Assembly (NCBI GenBank): GCA_030704615.1
Contig: CM060733.1
Coordinates: 36,270,001-36,334,000 of the forward strand
DNA: 64,000 bases
Origin: Takakia lepidozioides
Taxonomy: Eukaryota > Plantae > Bryophyta
Reading direction: 5' to 3'
The position numbers were made by a program, and so were the translations under genes. The notes beneath the pieces were generated by a model. That model was not told the origin of the DNA, made no database searches, and saw only the letters and a program-made list of their open reading frames with translations. Position 1 is the stretch's first letter. Each line of letters begins with the position of its first letter. Positions 1-13,420 of the stretch are shown piece by piece.

Positions 1-9
1 CGGAATCAC

Positions 10-185
10 CATTCTTACCACTACACTATCCCTAAAAACTCAACAACCCCCTCCTGTAAAATTATATTTAAGGTGTTTTAAACCCCCCTCTGTATGTATA
101 ATGTTGTACATGGGGGGGTTTAAAATACCCCCTCATGTGCACGCACGTGGCTGGTACATTTAATGAGGAGTGCACCCCCCGGGCT
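10..185. repeat. Dispersed direct repeat, second copy at ~1262-1432
   Basis: The run cttaccactacact...taaggt...ccccccc..tgtatgtataatgttgtac.tgggggg...aaaataccccct...tgcacgca.gtgg.tggtaca occurs at both positions. Confidence 0.8.
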
Positions 186-186
186 G

Positions 187-802
187 GCAGTGCAGTGGTA
201 AGCAGACTGGGTTTCATATTGAACCTAAAATTATTCTGGAACTTAATGATGGCAGCCAATTACCTCTACACCTGATTATATGTTTCTCTTTCCTTCTTCG
301 ACCTTTACCCTGTGAATATGCATATTGAACTTCTTGCTTGAAAATGTAAATGATTGTTGCATGGTCTTTCTACAAAATGAGTTTTTATTGGGTCCTGGGG
401 ATGTGTACTGACCTGTGCAGCACTCCGCTGTAACCCCCAATCTCAATCATAGGCCATCTTTGCCAGTTTTCAATGATAACATTTGGGCTACGTCTGTTTT
501 CTAGGAAATATACACTAACCTTCCCCTCTTAGTTTTACAGGCACTAGCGAATCATAATCATACTTCATAGGAATATTGTGTCAACATTAGATATCATTAG
601 AGTTTTCATTGCAACCATGCGCACCGATTCTCTGCTTCATGGGCAATCTGACAGCCTAGATATGTTCCGACCCATATTGTGGATACTGTGTGCAGGCTGG
701 CCTGCATGAACAAATCAATTTTGAAAGAGTCTCTACTAATTCTGGTCATCTTCAGTGATTAATATAATAGGTAGTGCCACTCTAAAAAATGGAACCTTTG
801 GC
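187..802. repeat. ~600-bp segment duplicated in inverted orientation at ~17490-18495
   Basis: gaaagagtctctactaatt (~723) matches aattagtagagactctttc (~17942); gctggcagtgcagtggtaag matches cttaccactgcaatgccagc; the sequences are colinear in between. Confidence 0.9.
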
Positions 803-879
803 AGGCTAAACTAGGTTACTGATGTCGATCTAATTCTAATTGTGATAATTTATTGGAAGGAAGACCGTCATGTTAAACA

Positions 880-1099
880 GGCTTGCGGGAAAGGCAGAAA
901 ATGAAGTTGAACATAAAAGGATGATCTGAAGGGCCAACGTACAATTGGCAGTGGACTGAAATTTAAACTAAGGGTGGGGAGCCTACCTTTGAACAATAAA
1001 CATATGCAACACCATGGGGATGACCCACCCCTTTTTGTGCAAATTGAATGTAGTTCTCAGAATTCGTCGCTAGTAGTGCGAAGCAACGCGAAGCCCTAG
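880..1099 (+). mobile_element. Helitron 3' terminal segment (related copies: 14358-14570 -, 14570-14700 - partial, ~22150-22303 +, ~23480-23580 partial)
   Basis: Ends in gtagtgcg(a/g)agcaacgcgaagccCTAG|T, a short GC hairpin followed by CTAG and a T target. The same terminus is on the minus strand at 14358 and ends CTTAG|T at 22303. Confidence 0.65.
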
Positions 1100-1120
1100 T
1101 CATTACATTTGCTTCAAGAA

Positions 1121-1285
1121 TCGTGGAGTAGCCTAGTGGTATGGACGTACTCGTGGTGTGTAGGTGGTCTCGAGTTCAAATCTGCGCAGCGATTTTTGAA
1201 GTTTTCGAAAAACTCAAGATTGCATGGTGATTTAAACCCACGATGGGTACGTGACAATGCTAATCCTTACCACTACACTACCCTC
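1121..1285. other. Two convergent degenerate tRNA-like (SINE-head-like) sequences
   Basis: Plus strand 1121-1195 has A-box-like tagcctagtggt and B-box-like gagttcaaatct. Minus strand 1285-1217 reads gggtagtgtagtggtaag...ttgtcacg...gggtttaaatc, resembling tRNA-Asp(GTC). The stems are degenerate. Confidence 0.45.
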
Positions 1286-3072
1286 TCAATCATGCTAACC
1301 TATTGATGTAGACTTATATTTAAGGTATTGTTTCCCCCCCCTATGTATGTATAATGTTGTACGTGGGGGGGTTAAAAATACCCCCTCCTATGCACGCATG
1401 TGGTTGGTACAGGTTGGCTCAGGTGCACCCCCAAGCAACTTGGTTGTCCCTACATAAGAGGTGGACAGAGCACTGAGTGCCGGGGGTTATACCTGGTTCA
1501 AATTCCCGCTCCATAATTGTATGTCTGCTTCATCATGGGCCAAGAAGAGGATATTTTCCTTTCACTGTAATTAAGGCGTCTGAGGGTTGCTTCTCCCGTC
1601 TGTAAAATAAATAAAGCCCAGCTTTCCTTTGATGCTCCTAGAGAAAAAGGGGCAGTATGTAGTGCTAGTAGAATTCAGCACTGGTTCTACTTCTGTTCAT
1701 AGGCTCTGTAGCTTCTCCCGGTTCCATTCTCTTCCTAATTCTCTACTTGCTGCTCTTTTTCCGTCTCTAAATCTGAACTGTTGGCTCGGAGTGAAACCTC
1801 AATTCTCTGCCTCCATGGCTATGTAAGGTTATTTTTTCCTTACCTTTACGCTGTTCTGCAATAATAATAATAATAATAATAATTCTAAGACAATTAAATT
1901 AAAATTTCTGATTTTTTTATTTTATTTTTATTTTAAAGGCGAAGGCCAGATTACAACAACCGAGTTCAAGCAAGCCTAAGGCACCCTACAGAGAAGGAAA
2001 CAGGGAAAAAATAACCCTGAGAGGGCCATATAGGCAAACTAAGAGGATACCACCCCGTAACCAAACAAAGAGGGAGAAGATAAGAGAAGAGGGAAAAAAC
2101 CTGTCACTAAGGAAGAGAGAAGTAAGGTAGAGCGAAATTATCAAACTCCGGCGAAGTCCAAGTGAGCATTGCTCTTGCGAGGGCGAATCCGCACATGACG
2201 CCAATTGACCTCTCCCTCCTCAGCCTCAGGCATTGGACTGGGACTCCCATGCCAGGGGATGTAAAAACTTACTTTCAACCTTTTTAAATAAGGTGGTTCT
2301 TCAAAAACATGAAGGGAATTTCTTAATGAACAAGCGGCTAGTCGCGTATTGGCTCCACCAGGCTAAAACTCTTAAGTTGAAAATTTCCCCAAAAATATTA
2401 TATTGAAATATATCATATTCACATATTCGATTTTACCTTATTTTTATCTTTTTTGCAAGGGCGTTGGCGTTTACTTTATATTCGAATTATATGTCAAACA
2501 TATTCTGCATAAGAGGGAAATTTATTTATTTATAAAGTCGGGGACAGAGGTCCTGGCACAACTTTATTGATGTGTGAATTAAATATTGATGTATGATATT
2601 ACAATACTGATCTTTGAATTTACTAGTTATTAAAATACTTGTTCTGGCTGAAATACTGAAATACTTGCTGAAAAACTCGCTGAAATACTGAAATACTGAA
2701 ATAGATTCTAAAATAGAGTCCCAGTGAACGTTCCTAAGATTTCAAGCTGCACATCCACTTGCTGGATCAGATCACAAAAAACCTTGTCTAAATAATATGC
2801 ATTGGCTTCATGGCATCAACCATTGGGGACTACATACATAAGCCCTACCTCGTGCTCCAATCACTCGCAACTTCCTGTATTCAGAGAGAATACCCTGGAC
2901 AATGTAAAGATTGAGAGAGAGAATGTACTCATAAGACGTAAAGGGAAGCTTGAGTAAACAGGCAAGTCCAGACTGTTTTTATGATGACAAAAGATGGACA
3001 CTTGAGAAGCAGATGGAAGAGAGTCGAACAGTTGCAGCACTTACACTGCAGTCAGGGGAGCCACCATGGCTC

Positions 3073-3312
3073 TCAACATTGCAAACACATACAAACGTTA
3101 TGAGGTCGGGCTTCACCCCTTCCCCCCATCATTTGCTCATAGGTCTCTAGAGCCTCCATCCCGCGCTCTTGCTCTGCATACCCTGCAAGCATCGCACTCC
3201 ACGACACCACATCTTGTTCAGCCTGCATAATGTTGAACACTCCCTTTGCATCCTCGATGCCCCCACATTTGGCATACATGTCCACCAGGGTAGTGTTCAG
3301 AATGACATCTGG
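3073..3312 (-). pseudogene. PLS-class PPR fragment
   Basis: NTTLVDMYAKCGGIEDAKGVF...DVVSWSAMLAGYA motifs; truncated and frameshifted. Confidence 0.85.
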
Positions 3313-3325
3313 TAATCTGACGGGC

Positions 3326-4480
3326 ATTCACCTTTTTGCTTGGGTTGTCCCACCATTGATTGGGGTCAGAAAAGTATTCATTCCACAGCTTCTACTCAAT
3401 TATGTTACCTGTTTTTGGATACTTTCCTGTTGTCACATTGGCAGTATCATGTCAAAGTCACTCCAAACTAGATTCACTCAACCAGCTAACTTGAAAAATT
3501 CAACATGGAAATTTAGGCCGATTCTGATAAGAGGGAAAAACAGGGTCAAATGTGTTGAAGAAGGTGTCTTCATTAGCAGTGCCTGATTTTATCAATTGTG
3601 CCGCTGCTGCTGTGGCTTCTAGTTGACCATCTACCCATGCAGGTTTCTTGTAGCGATTGATCCACAGGGATTCATAGGTAATCTTGTGCTTGAAATCTGG
3701 CCCTCTTGGATGAATTGGGACCCACACTCTATCCCTTTATCTTCAGCTATCAATGCCTCTGCACAAATCATGCATACATCTTTGCCTTGCTGCTAGCAGC
3801 TGACAATGACAGCCTAGATTTTTTCTAGGAAAACACCCAAACCCTACTTATCACACTAGTTCCTATGCTACTTGCGTTGCTTCCAACAGACATTCACCTT
3901 TTTGCCTCGGTTGTCCCACCATTGACTGGGGTCAGAAGAGTATTCATTCCACAGCTTCTCCTCGTCTCTGTTACCTGTTATTGGATACTTTCCTGATGTC
4001 ACAGTGGCAGTATGATGTCAAAATCACTCCAAACTATCAAAGATTCACTCAACCAGCTAACTTGCAAAATTCAACATGAAAATTTAAGGCCGACTCTGAT
4101 AAGAGGGGAAAACAGGATGAAATGTGTTGAAGAAGGTGCCTTGAGTAGCAGTGCCTGATTTCATCAATTGTGCCGCTGCTGCTGTGGCTTCCAGTTGACA
4201 CATCTACCCATGCAGGTTTATTGTAGCTATCCTTCCACAGGGAATCATAGATAATCTGGAGCTTCAAATCCGGCCCTCTTGGATGAATCTGGACCCACAC
4301 TCTATCCCCGTTCCTTCAGCACGACGTGAAGTTCTTCCAACAAACACCCCAACCCTACTTATTACAGTAGAGTCCAATTCTAAATTGCATTAGCTTTTCT
4401 GTAATCCAACAGGCATGCACCTTTTTGCCTCCATTGTCCCATCATTGACTGAGGTTGGAAAAGGGTTCATTCCAAAGCTT
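3326..4480 (-). pseudogene. Tandem fragments of an OSB-like organellar ssDNA-binding protein gene (PDF motifs)
   Basis: HPRGPDFKHKITYESLWI..KPAWV and its paralog HPRGPDLKLQIIYDSLWK..KPAWV, plus LWNE.F..PSQWWDN..KK exons ending at gt donors; multiple stops and frameshifts. Confidence 0.7.
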
Positions 4481-5419
4481 AGTAAAAGCTTTGATGTAAA
4501 ATTAAACAAGAGAAATTTTAGATAAATGGTAATGTAGCAGGAAGGTATATGACCTACAAAAACCATGCCAAGATACCACATAGCCAGCATTTGCAGGGAC
4601 TGCGATTTTCTCACTTTGTTTCTGAGCCTAGACCCTGTCTCTTGCATGTTCACTTCCTTGCATCTTCTGACATTAACATTAATGAACACATCTCAGTTCA
4701 GAGGTTCCAGAGCTGATACCTCTTCAATGCTTCAGCATTTCCTTCCCATCTGTCTGCAAATTGCTCCTGTAGTCTGCCCAACAGAGCAGACACCCTGGTT
4801 AAGCCGCTGGGCTCCCAATGGTTAATTCTGAGTCAATGCCCAACTCATATCACACCAGTCCCATGTAGTGTTTATATGCATCCGCCCATCCACCCACCCA
4901 CCATGCGGTCATAAGTGTGAAATGGCATACAACTAGAACAAGGTGGTTTTGGCAATGCTGTTACAACTCACTGCATAGGTCCACCAAGGCTAGCAATGAA
5001 GGCAAAGAATGTGATTTTTGGTTGAACCCCACTGTTGACATTTCATCAGTTTGAAACATGTTCCCAAACAAACACATTTTCTTGTAAAAGCACCATTCCA
5101 CCATTTTGTCCAAGTATTCGGGGGCCATCCTGATCTAGCCCATCTATTTCTTCCCTGGATTGCCACCTCTCAAACAACTGATCATTATCTGACTAGTAAC
5201 TCCAGCCTTCATCCCTCCACAAAGCTTCTTGCAATAAGAAAAACAAGAGTTGAACAACAAACTTGCAAGCAGTCTCTCTTTCACGAACTTCATATCTCAT
5301 CTTAACACAACAGGGGACAGCATTCCACACCTTCACAGCCACCTCCTCACCCCCCACACTCACCATTTTCCATTTATGGACATGCACCCTTGTTTGACAA
5401 ATGATGCAAACTGCAGGCC

Positions 5420-5700
5420 ACCATCAACCTATGTCAAAGTCACTCCAAACCACCACAGATCCACCCAACGAGCTAACTTACAGAATTCGATATGCACATT
5501 CAGGGCTGAGTCTGATGAGAGGGCAAAACAGGCTGAAATAGGTGGAAGAAGAACTCACCACATTGTCCTCGACCTTGTGTCATGACCCATGGAGGATTCA
5601 ACCGACCATCAACCCAAACGGACCTCTTGTGTGTGCTGCTTGTGTCTCTAGTCAGGTAGTGTCGGATTGGTCTGTGAGAACCACCACGGTGCCGCTGAGC
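5420..5700 (-). pseudogene. OSB-like PDF-motif fragment (paralog of 45460-45790)
   Basis: NPTLPD.RHK...WVDGRLNPPWV motif; near-identical reverse-complement copy at 45460-45660. Confidence 0.6.
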
Positions 5701-6942
5701 GGCCAGTGGTAGAAACACAGGAAAATACACAGATATGTCTATCCATATATACTATATATCTTTCATTTATGGGTCTTTATTTATGAATATTTAGGTAGGT
5801 ACTATCTATGTAGGTACTATCTAGTGGAGGTATATCAGGATCTTACTCATTTTTGGTGGTCTCTCCCTTGTAGGGAGGAGCCAACAAAAAAGGAGGGACA
5901 GGTTCACTGTGGCCCACAAGTGGGAGGCCATCCTGATTTTTGCATATATTCCGGTCGACGACCGGATGTTGCCGGTTGTGTGGTGTGCGTGAAGGGCCGT
6001 CGTGGCGCCCACCGCGTCACTTGTTACCCGAGGTAGCCGGTAACCGGTCTCCGAAGGCCCTTGCGCCTGAGGCCACTCGAGCTTGAAGATTTATCCGGTG
6101 CCTTGTAATCTTGAATGCGCGAGAACGATTGATGGGGATTGACGGTGTGCTCTGCTGCCAATTGAATTCTGTGATGCTGTCTGGCCAGGGAGAGAGACGA
6201 ACAATCGAATGTGAATGGTTTTGATTTTATGAGTGAGGTGTGGTGTGCGTAGGAGAAGAAGACGGCTATCCAATGATGTCCCGCTCTCGCGTTTCTGGTC
6301 ACCATGGTTGGAAAGAAGCTTGGATGTGATGCCCGGAGGCTGGAGGGGTGGAGGTAATTTAATTTTCTCCTGCGGTGGTAGTGGTCACCATTCGTGGCAA
6401 GAATCGTGCAGCTGTCTTCGAAGCCTGCGTCGGGAGCCCCCTGTTGTAAGGATTCGCTGTATCTTGTTCTGGCTTCTGTGTTGAGTGTCGAATTTGTGGA
6501 CTAGACAAGCTCAATGTGGATTTTGGCTTGCCGGGGTGCTTCACAGGTCCCGCACGGCCGGAGGTTCTCAAAAGGCCTGCAATTCTAGTCAGTATTGAGT
6601 GAGCTGTATTGATGCTTATTTGTTTCAGGGTAAAATCAGCTCGCTGAACAATTTGTCGAAGGTGTGTAGCGGCCAGCATTTACAAAGCTTCCCTTTTGGA
6701 GCATGTTTTGGCTCTCACCGCCTCTGTTGCGATGGACGGCGTCTCTGCTCTCGCATTCGTTTGGAGAGCTTGTCTGTCACATTCAATCAAAGGGATTAAA
6801 CGTTCTTCGTTCCGGTTATGAAGATTCTGAAGAATTACAAGTACTTAGGGTTTGCTCGTGCAGGTATGTAGGCAGGCAGGCAGGCAGGCAGGTGATTGGG
6901 AGTACAAAGGATGTTTCTGCATAGGCTTCTGGACATAGTGCA

Positions 6943-9900
6943 ATGGAGCAATCAGATTCGCGAGATGAATCCACAGGTGTAACCAAGTTTGGCCCCAATC
7001 AACCACCTCACAGGGGGCCTTCGGAACCCACTCCCTTCGCTACAAATGATGTAGATTCTGATTTCAGTGATGGCCTTTGTCCGGGAGAAGTGACATTGAG
7101 GCAATGGCTCAGCAGACTAGGGCGTGAAGTGGATAGATTTGAAAGCTTACACATTTTTAGGCAGGTCTTAGACTTTGTGGATCTTGCCCATATGCAAGGT
7201 GTGCTACTACGGAACATTCGCCCATCCTGTTTCTTGCTTTCGCCGTTGAATCGGGTCGCATTCATCGACTCTCCCAGCACTCGCTCAAGTTCGGACCGGT
7301 CACCGGACCACTCGCCTGGGAGGGCGTCAACCTCAGCGGAGGAAAGATACACTGGCGGAGATGTACCAAGGAGTCACTCAGAGTCCATGGTGGAGCCACC
7401 AGTGGAGGCGTCAGGTTCCTGGAGGCCCCCAAACAGGCCTGAGGGAGGCCCTCGGCGATCAGAGGGAGGAACTTCTAGACAAGAGGGAGCGGTATCGGTA
7501 TCTGGTGGATGGATTCGAGAGTGGAGTGGCAGCTCAGCGTCTGACTGGTGTGGAGAAAGAAGGCCGGGAATGAGGGCTTGCGCAGAGTCTTCAGAAATTG
7601 AATCCTCATCAGGGAAGCGGTCTGAATCTGAATCTGGCGACGACACAGTGGTGAGGACTACCGACCATCGTTTCCCGCAGAAACAAGTATTACTTATGGA
7701 GCAGACCTGGTATACAAGTCCAGAGGAGCTCACAGGGGGGACAAGCATATTTTCTTCAGATATATATAGACTAGGGGTACTCATGTTTGAGGTAATTCTA
7801 CCCTCGATTCTGCCCGGTCAGGTTTTTTTGTATGTGTGTTGTAGTTGTATCTTCACAGCTAGTAGTAATACCACCATGCAAGGAAACAATGGCTTGGTGT
7901 ATTTCTGGCTAGTGATCTGTAACACCTTTGCATGGTTTCTATGAGCAGTTGTTTTGTACTTTTGAATCGGAAATGGAGCGAACAAGAGTTATGGCAGACC
8001 TGCGGCACCGCATTCTTCCTCCTCATCTTCTATCAGAATGTCCGAAAGAAGCCTCTTTCTGTCTCTGGCTGCTGCACCCAGAGCCATCTTCCAGGCCAAA
8101 GGCAAGGTGGGCGCGTTGACTTCTTGAGCTCTTGATAGATACTATCCTAAAGACATGGTGTCAAGTCTCTCAACGGTCTTTACAGTCGACCATCTGTTTG
8201 TTTCACACTGTATTACTGATATGATATCCTCAGATATCTATTATTTTGTAAGGTAACCAATGCAGGAATTAGCCAGTCTCAGCATTTGTGCCTCGGCAGA
8301 AAACCAGAGTGGTGAATGTCTCAAGGGGTCAGTTTTCCCACAAAATGTACTGCATGGTCAATCTGTTGTTGGTTGGAATGGGCTTGTGTTGCAGAAATTT
8401 GACAAGCACTCTTGATGGCATGCAGGGAATTACTACATTGTGAGCTTTTAACTGAAGCAGGAGAAGCATTAGCAGAGAGACAGGCTGCAGTATGTTTGGA
8501 GGAGAAAGAGACCGAGTCAGAGGTATTGTTGGACTTTTTGGTCCGGATGGAGCACCAGAAGCAAGACCTAGCCCAGAAGTTGTCGAACGATGTAGCTCGC
8601 CTTACTTCTGACATCCAAGAAATTGAGAGAAGGCGTCTTCTGTTAAAGAAGAAATGGGCATGGCCAACATCTGCTGAGAAGGCTGATAAGCTGAAAAGCA
8701 CAGGTAGCAAAACTAATGGGGTTACATGGTCCTCAGCAAACCTGCAAGAGAGGAAATCAGGACTGTTAGGGAAGAGACCACAACCGGAGGGCCTCAGTGC
8801 AGGCAATGAGAAAGGTGTTGTTAGTAGCGATGAACAGGGTAGATTGCTCGGTAAAATGTCATCGAAGAGTGCTCGATTTATGACCAATTTTAGCCATTTA
8901 GAACGAGTCTACTTTGCCATGGATTGGAGAGCTGGAAATCCTGGGATGGTGTCAACCAAAGCACTTACAGGGCAAGGAGCACGTAGTCTGAGTATAGGAT
9001 GTTCTGCAGATGGAGAGAAAGAAGGGGGAGGCAAGGAAGAGGACTGGCTGGGCTGTTTCTTTGACGGTTTGTCGAAGTACGCACGTTACAGCCGATTTGA
9101 AGTGAGGGCCACATTGCAGCATGGGGACCTGTTGAACACAGCAAATATGGTGTGTTCTTTGGGTTTTGATCGGGATGAAGAGTTTTTTGCAACTGCGGGA
9201 GTGTGCAAGCGAATCAAGGTGTTCGAATGTGATTCTGTGCTGAATGAGCATGTGGACATCCACTACCCCGTGGTGGAGTTGTTATGTCGATCCAAGCTCA
9301 GCAGTGTTTGCTGGAATGGCTACATCAAGAGCCACCTTGCCTCATGTGACTACGAGGGTGTAGTTCAGGTCAGCATTCCAAACTGCTGGTGGTATTAGAG
9401 AGGTCTGGTTTCGGATTTCTGTGTGGTCTCGGACTGAAATACCAAAAGGAAGAACTCCTGAGTAGCCTGTCAGGAATGCACTTCTATAGATGAAGCTCTC
9501 AATTTACTTTGTTCTATAATTTCACTATTTTGGAAGGCAAATGTGGTTATGTCACCATGCACCATGCCTCAATCACATCATGCCATATCATATCATATCA
9601 TACCCTAAGTTAGTCCCAATGACTAAAAAACAATGCTAACGCATGTAGAGCACTTGCCTTGTGGCAATTTTCTCATAATTGGATGTTATTTTGCTAGTTT
9701 TCTTCCTTGATATGTCTCTGGGTCTCTAGGTGTAAACTTAGAGGTTCATGCTCGACACTATTACAGGGTTTTGGGTTGTGCCAGTGTGGGCTACTGCATG
9801 AGAGACTTAGAAAAAATACATCACAACGCCCATCCAGAGCTAACAAAGTGGAAAAACCTATGTAGATTGGCATCGCACTTTAGTTGTGGCAATCCTATTG

Positions 9901-11697
9901 GCTGTCTATCAATGGTAGGTGGCAGCCCATTCGCCGAAGTGAACCCTTGTTATTCTAATATCTAGTGTGCTATGGGATAATTGGTTTATTAAGTTGTACT
10001 CTTGTTCTCCGCTCTTACCTCGTATCAAGGGAAAGCAAGTTAGCAGTGCACTTGTATATCAATCTTAAACTTGGTGTGGGCCACCAGTTGTGGGATACCA
10101 GCACACAACAAGTGCTGATGGAGTATGAAGAACACGAGAAGCGTGCTTGGTCTGTGGACTTCTCTCGGGCCGATCCAACCAAACTGGCCAGTGGCAGTGA
10201 TGATGGCACTGTCAAGTTGTGGAGCATCAATCAGGTTTGGCTGCCTATCTGTGTTTCTTTTGGATCTCCACATGTTTAATAGGTCCTTGGACATTGTCGA
10301 GTTTTCATGTGGTATCAGTCAAGGTTAAGCATTTTGACCCCAAGACATGCTGCAAATCATCTCAAGAGCTGGAGTGCTGAAATAGAGAGGTCAGAGCAGA
10401 GGAAATCCGACAGAGCTACAATCAAATACTTTACAAATATTGAACTAGGGTATCGGTTCAGAGTTTGAGACCTATTATGATGCGTTGCACTTGAAATAGT
10501 GATGCGTTGGCTTCCTTCATGTTCACTGGAGGCCCTCAGCAGAAATAGGCAGAGTAGGCACTACCAACTGAACAAGTCTATAGTGTACATCGTGAATGTT
10601 GAGCCTGAAGTGTGTGGAAATTTGCCTTGATTTCATTGCAGGAAAGCAGCGTAGGGACTATAAAAACCAAGGCCAATGTGTGTTGTATACAGTTCCCACC
10701 GGACTCAGGACATCAACTTGCATTTGGTTCAGCAGATTACAAGACATATTGCTATGATTTACGCACCACAAGGATTCCATTGTGCATCCTGGCGAGCCAC
10801 AACAAGGCAGTAAGCTATGTTAAGTTTGTGGACCCATTCACACTTGTTTCCGCCTCCACAGACAACACACTCAAGCTGTGGGATCTGACACGGGCCAATA
10901 CAAATCCTGGGGCTCACACTGCATGTTCTCTCACCTATACTGGACATACCAATGAAAAGGTAATGTATCACATTGTGATGTCAATGTTTCTGCTTTAAGC
11001 TTACAGTCTAGAGTTCACTCCCCTGCTTCATGGAGGCTTACCTGTGTAAGTTGTTGTTTGCTCTTCAGATTGATAATGTTTGAATGCTATTTAGGATCAT
11101 TGCCCTGTACATGGTGGATGCCATGCCCTCTTTTCAAGCTGCCATTAATCCTCAAATATGCTACAGAATTTTATTGGACTTTCAGTTGTGGATGGGTATA
11201 TCGCATGTGGATCAGAGACAAATGCGGTAAGCCTACACCCACCTCGTCTTGTTCCTGCCATGTACCTGTCGGCTTTCCTTTGGGGGGGGTTGTCCTTTTG
11301 AATGGAACTCACAGAAGTCCAGGGGTCTTGTTCTGCTGTTGGCTTTGATTTGCGTAGCTTGTTTGGGCAGTGGTTTGGGCACCGCATTTGTGTCTAATGA
11401 ATCGCAGAGTGTTGGACAAAGTGCAGCTGAGGGTAGCAGGTTTTAGGTTAATAGGTGCCAGGGGAAATTCTCTGATGCGGTCAAACGTTGTGATGGCATA
11501 TGCAGGTTTTTGCATATCACAAGTCACTTCCAATGGAAATGGCATCCCACAAGTTTGGGTGCACAGATCCTATCACAGGACAGGAGACTGAAGAGGATGT
11601 TGGGCAATTTGTCTCGAGTGTTTGCTGGAGAGGAAGGTCACAGACACTAGTGGCTGCAAACTCCTTGGGAAATATTAAGGTTTTGGAGATGGTGTGA
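6943..11697 (+). CDS. SPA1: SPA1-related protein (kinase-like domain, coiled coil, WD40); exons 6943-7791, 7949-8106, 8426-9368, 10088-10234, 10642-10959, 11167-11226, 11506-11697
   Basis: Diagnostic SPA motifs [77 protein letters not shown] and [23 protein letters not shown] introns have consistent phases. The symbol denotes family, not proven orthology. Confidence 0.95.
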
Positions 11698-12313
11698 GCT
11701 TTTCTATGGGGATCAGTGATACTGAGCTATGTTTCTCTGATCCTCTGGGGCTTACACATCGTTGGATCTTTTGGGTACCATTGTGCAATGGCCCAAGGAA
11801 CAAGTCAGCGGTGGATCATCTCTTGTTGCTGAAGCACCTTGTCTACCCCTTTTTGTTACAGAAGCTACATTGAATGTGCGAGGAGTGGTCATTTCTGAAT
11901 GCAAAACTTCCTCAGTAGAATTACCATCGACACTCTATTGCAGTGACCTGCTGTTGTAAAGTGAAGAGGGTATTACCTTCTGATATTGAGGTTAAACTTT
12001 GCTGGTCTGTTGTGGTCATGTCCCTACATATCCTTGCTTCTTCCTTATCTGCGATTGACTTGGTTCTTATGGATTTTTACGCTCCATCTCTGAGTTGGCC
12101 TCTTGGTAATAACAAGGATGCATTTTATGTTAGCTGGCCATGGATGTATTGTCGGGTGTGAAGAAATGAACTGGTCTATTCGAACCCTTCCCCATAATCT
12201 AGATGGAGGGAAGGAGCACAGAATTTATGCCACCACTTGAAGTCCCGTATTTATCTCTAGACCTCATTGTACCTCTTCAACGGAAAAGGATTTGCGACAT
12301 GCATTGGCATGTG

Positions 12314-13420
12314 TTTTTTTTTTTTTTGACAGAACAGGGGACAGTGGCCCTGTATAAATCTTTATTAACAATTGTTTGGGGAAAAAAATTAAAACCCCTA
12401 TTACACCATGAGGCACACACACCTTAGTCTGTGAACAAATGAACTGTACCTCCTAGAGTAGGAGAAACGTCTAGAAACAATGTAAGCATGTGTCCTCTAC
12501 TCAAAGCACTAAAGTAAGGTAAGGTGGACTGATTCTCTGAAGATTGAAGGGTGAAAGGCCTGGAGGTGAAGTCACTGGAAATGTCTGGCCAGAGAATCTT
12601 GTAGAATTCCACAGAGATCTCCCTCCAGAGGAGAGGCTGCCTGAGGGGTGAAAATCCTGGGTGCGTGTTGGAGGCATGATTCTTGGAAAGGCGATGGGTG
12701 GAGGCTGGAGAGGTCGCTTTGGAAAAGGGTTTTGGGCAGAAGAAAGTTGGGCCATGGCTCTAGGGGTTGTGGCAGAGGTGCCAGTGGCTTGGTCCATTAA
12801 CTCTGTCATGCATCGAGAGGCTCTCCTCAACTTAGTCTTGTCAAAGAAATACTTGGACATCTTCTCGCCTTTGGTGGACCAGTGCACCCCAACTGCCTGG
12901 AGTTTCCATTGGCGTTCTTCCATCTTGAAATGGATGTCCAAGTTGTTTCTAGCCTCTACATAGGTCTGGTAAGTGTACGCATCGCAGCGGGGAGATTCCA
13001 ATCTTTTTTGGCAGACTGTCAGGCATTTTGTAAGGGCAGTCACTTTCCATTTTCTGATAGCAGCCAAGGCTCTGCTCATGCGCTGGCCTTCCACGTTCAC
13101 AGCTCGAAGCTTAGCTAGTAATTTATCAGTTGCATTTTGCAGGCTTGTCAAAGTACCTGCTTGTGTAGGGGAAGTTTTAGGAGTAGGCTATTGAGCTTAT
13201 ACAGTCGTCTTCCTCTTTTCTGCGCCGCCGGGATGGTAGTAGTCAAGGATATAGGGGCATGATCGAACCCATGGGGATTGGTTGCTGGAGCTATCTTTTG
13301 GTCCATTGCACAAGGCTGAATGAGATGTAAGCTCTGTCCAATCTTACCATGTGTAGGTCTGCTAGAGATCTATTGTTGGTCCAGGTAAAGGTAAGGTGGC
13401 ATGTTTTGTTTGGTTTCACT
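12314..13420 (-). mobile_element. L1/Tx1-like LINE fragment, internally deleted
   Basis: Minus-strand endonuclease-end motifs FTWTN, RLDRAYIS and DHAPISL, then HWSTKGEKMSKYFF. The T-run at 12314-12327 is a minus-strand poly(A) tail. No RT core is visible. Confidence 0.8.

Noticed and set aside
1121-1285. Functional tRNA genes (also the tRNA-like stretch at ~36185-36250)
   Set aside because: The acceptor and anticodon stems do not pair properly; they are treated as tRNA-derived repeats.
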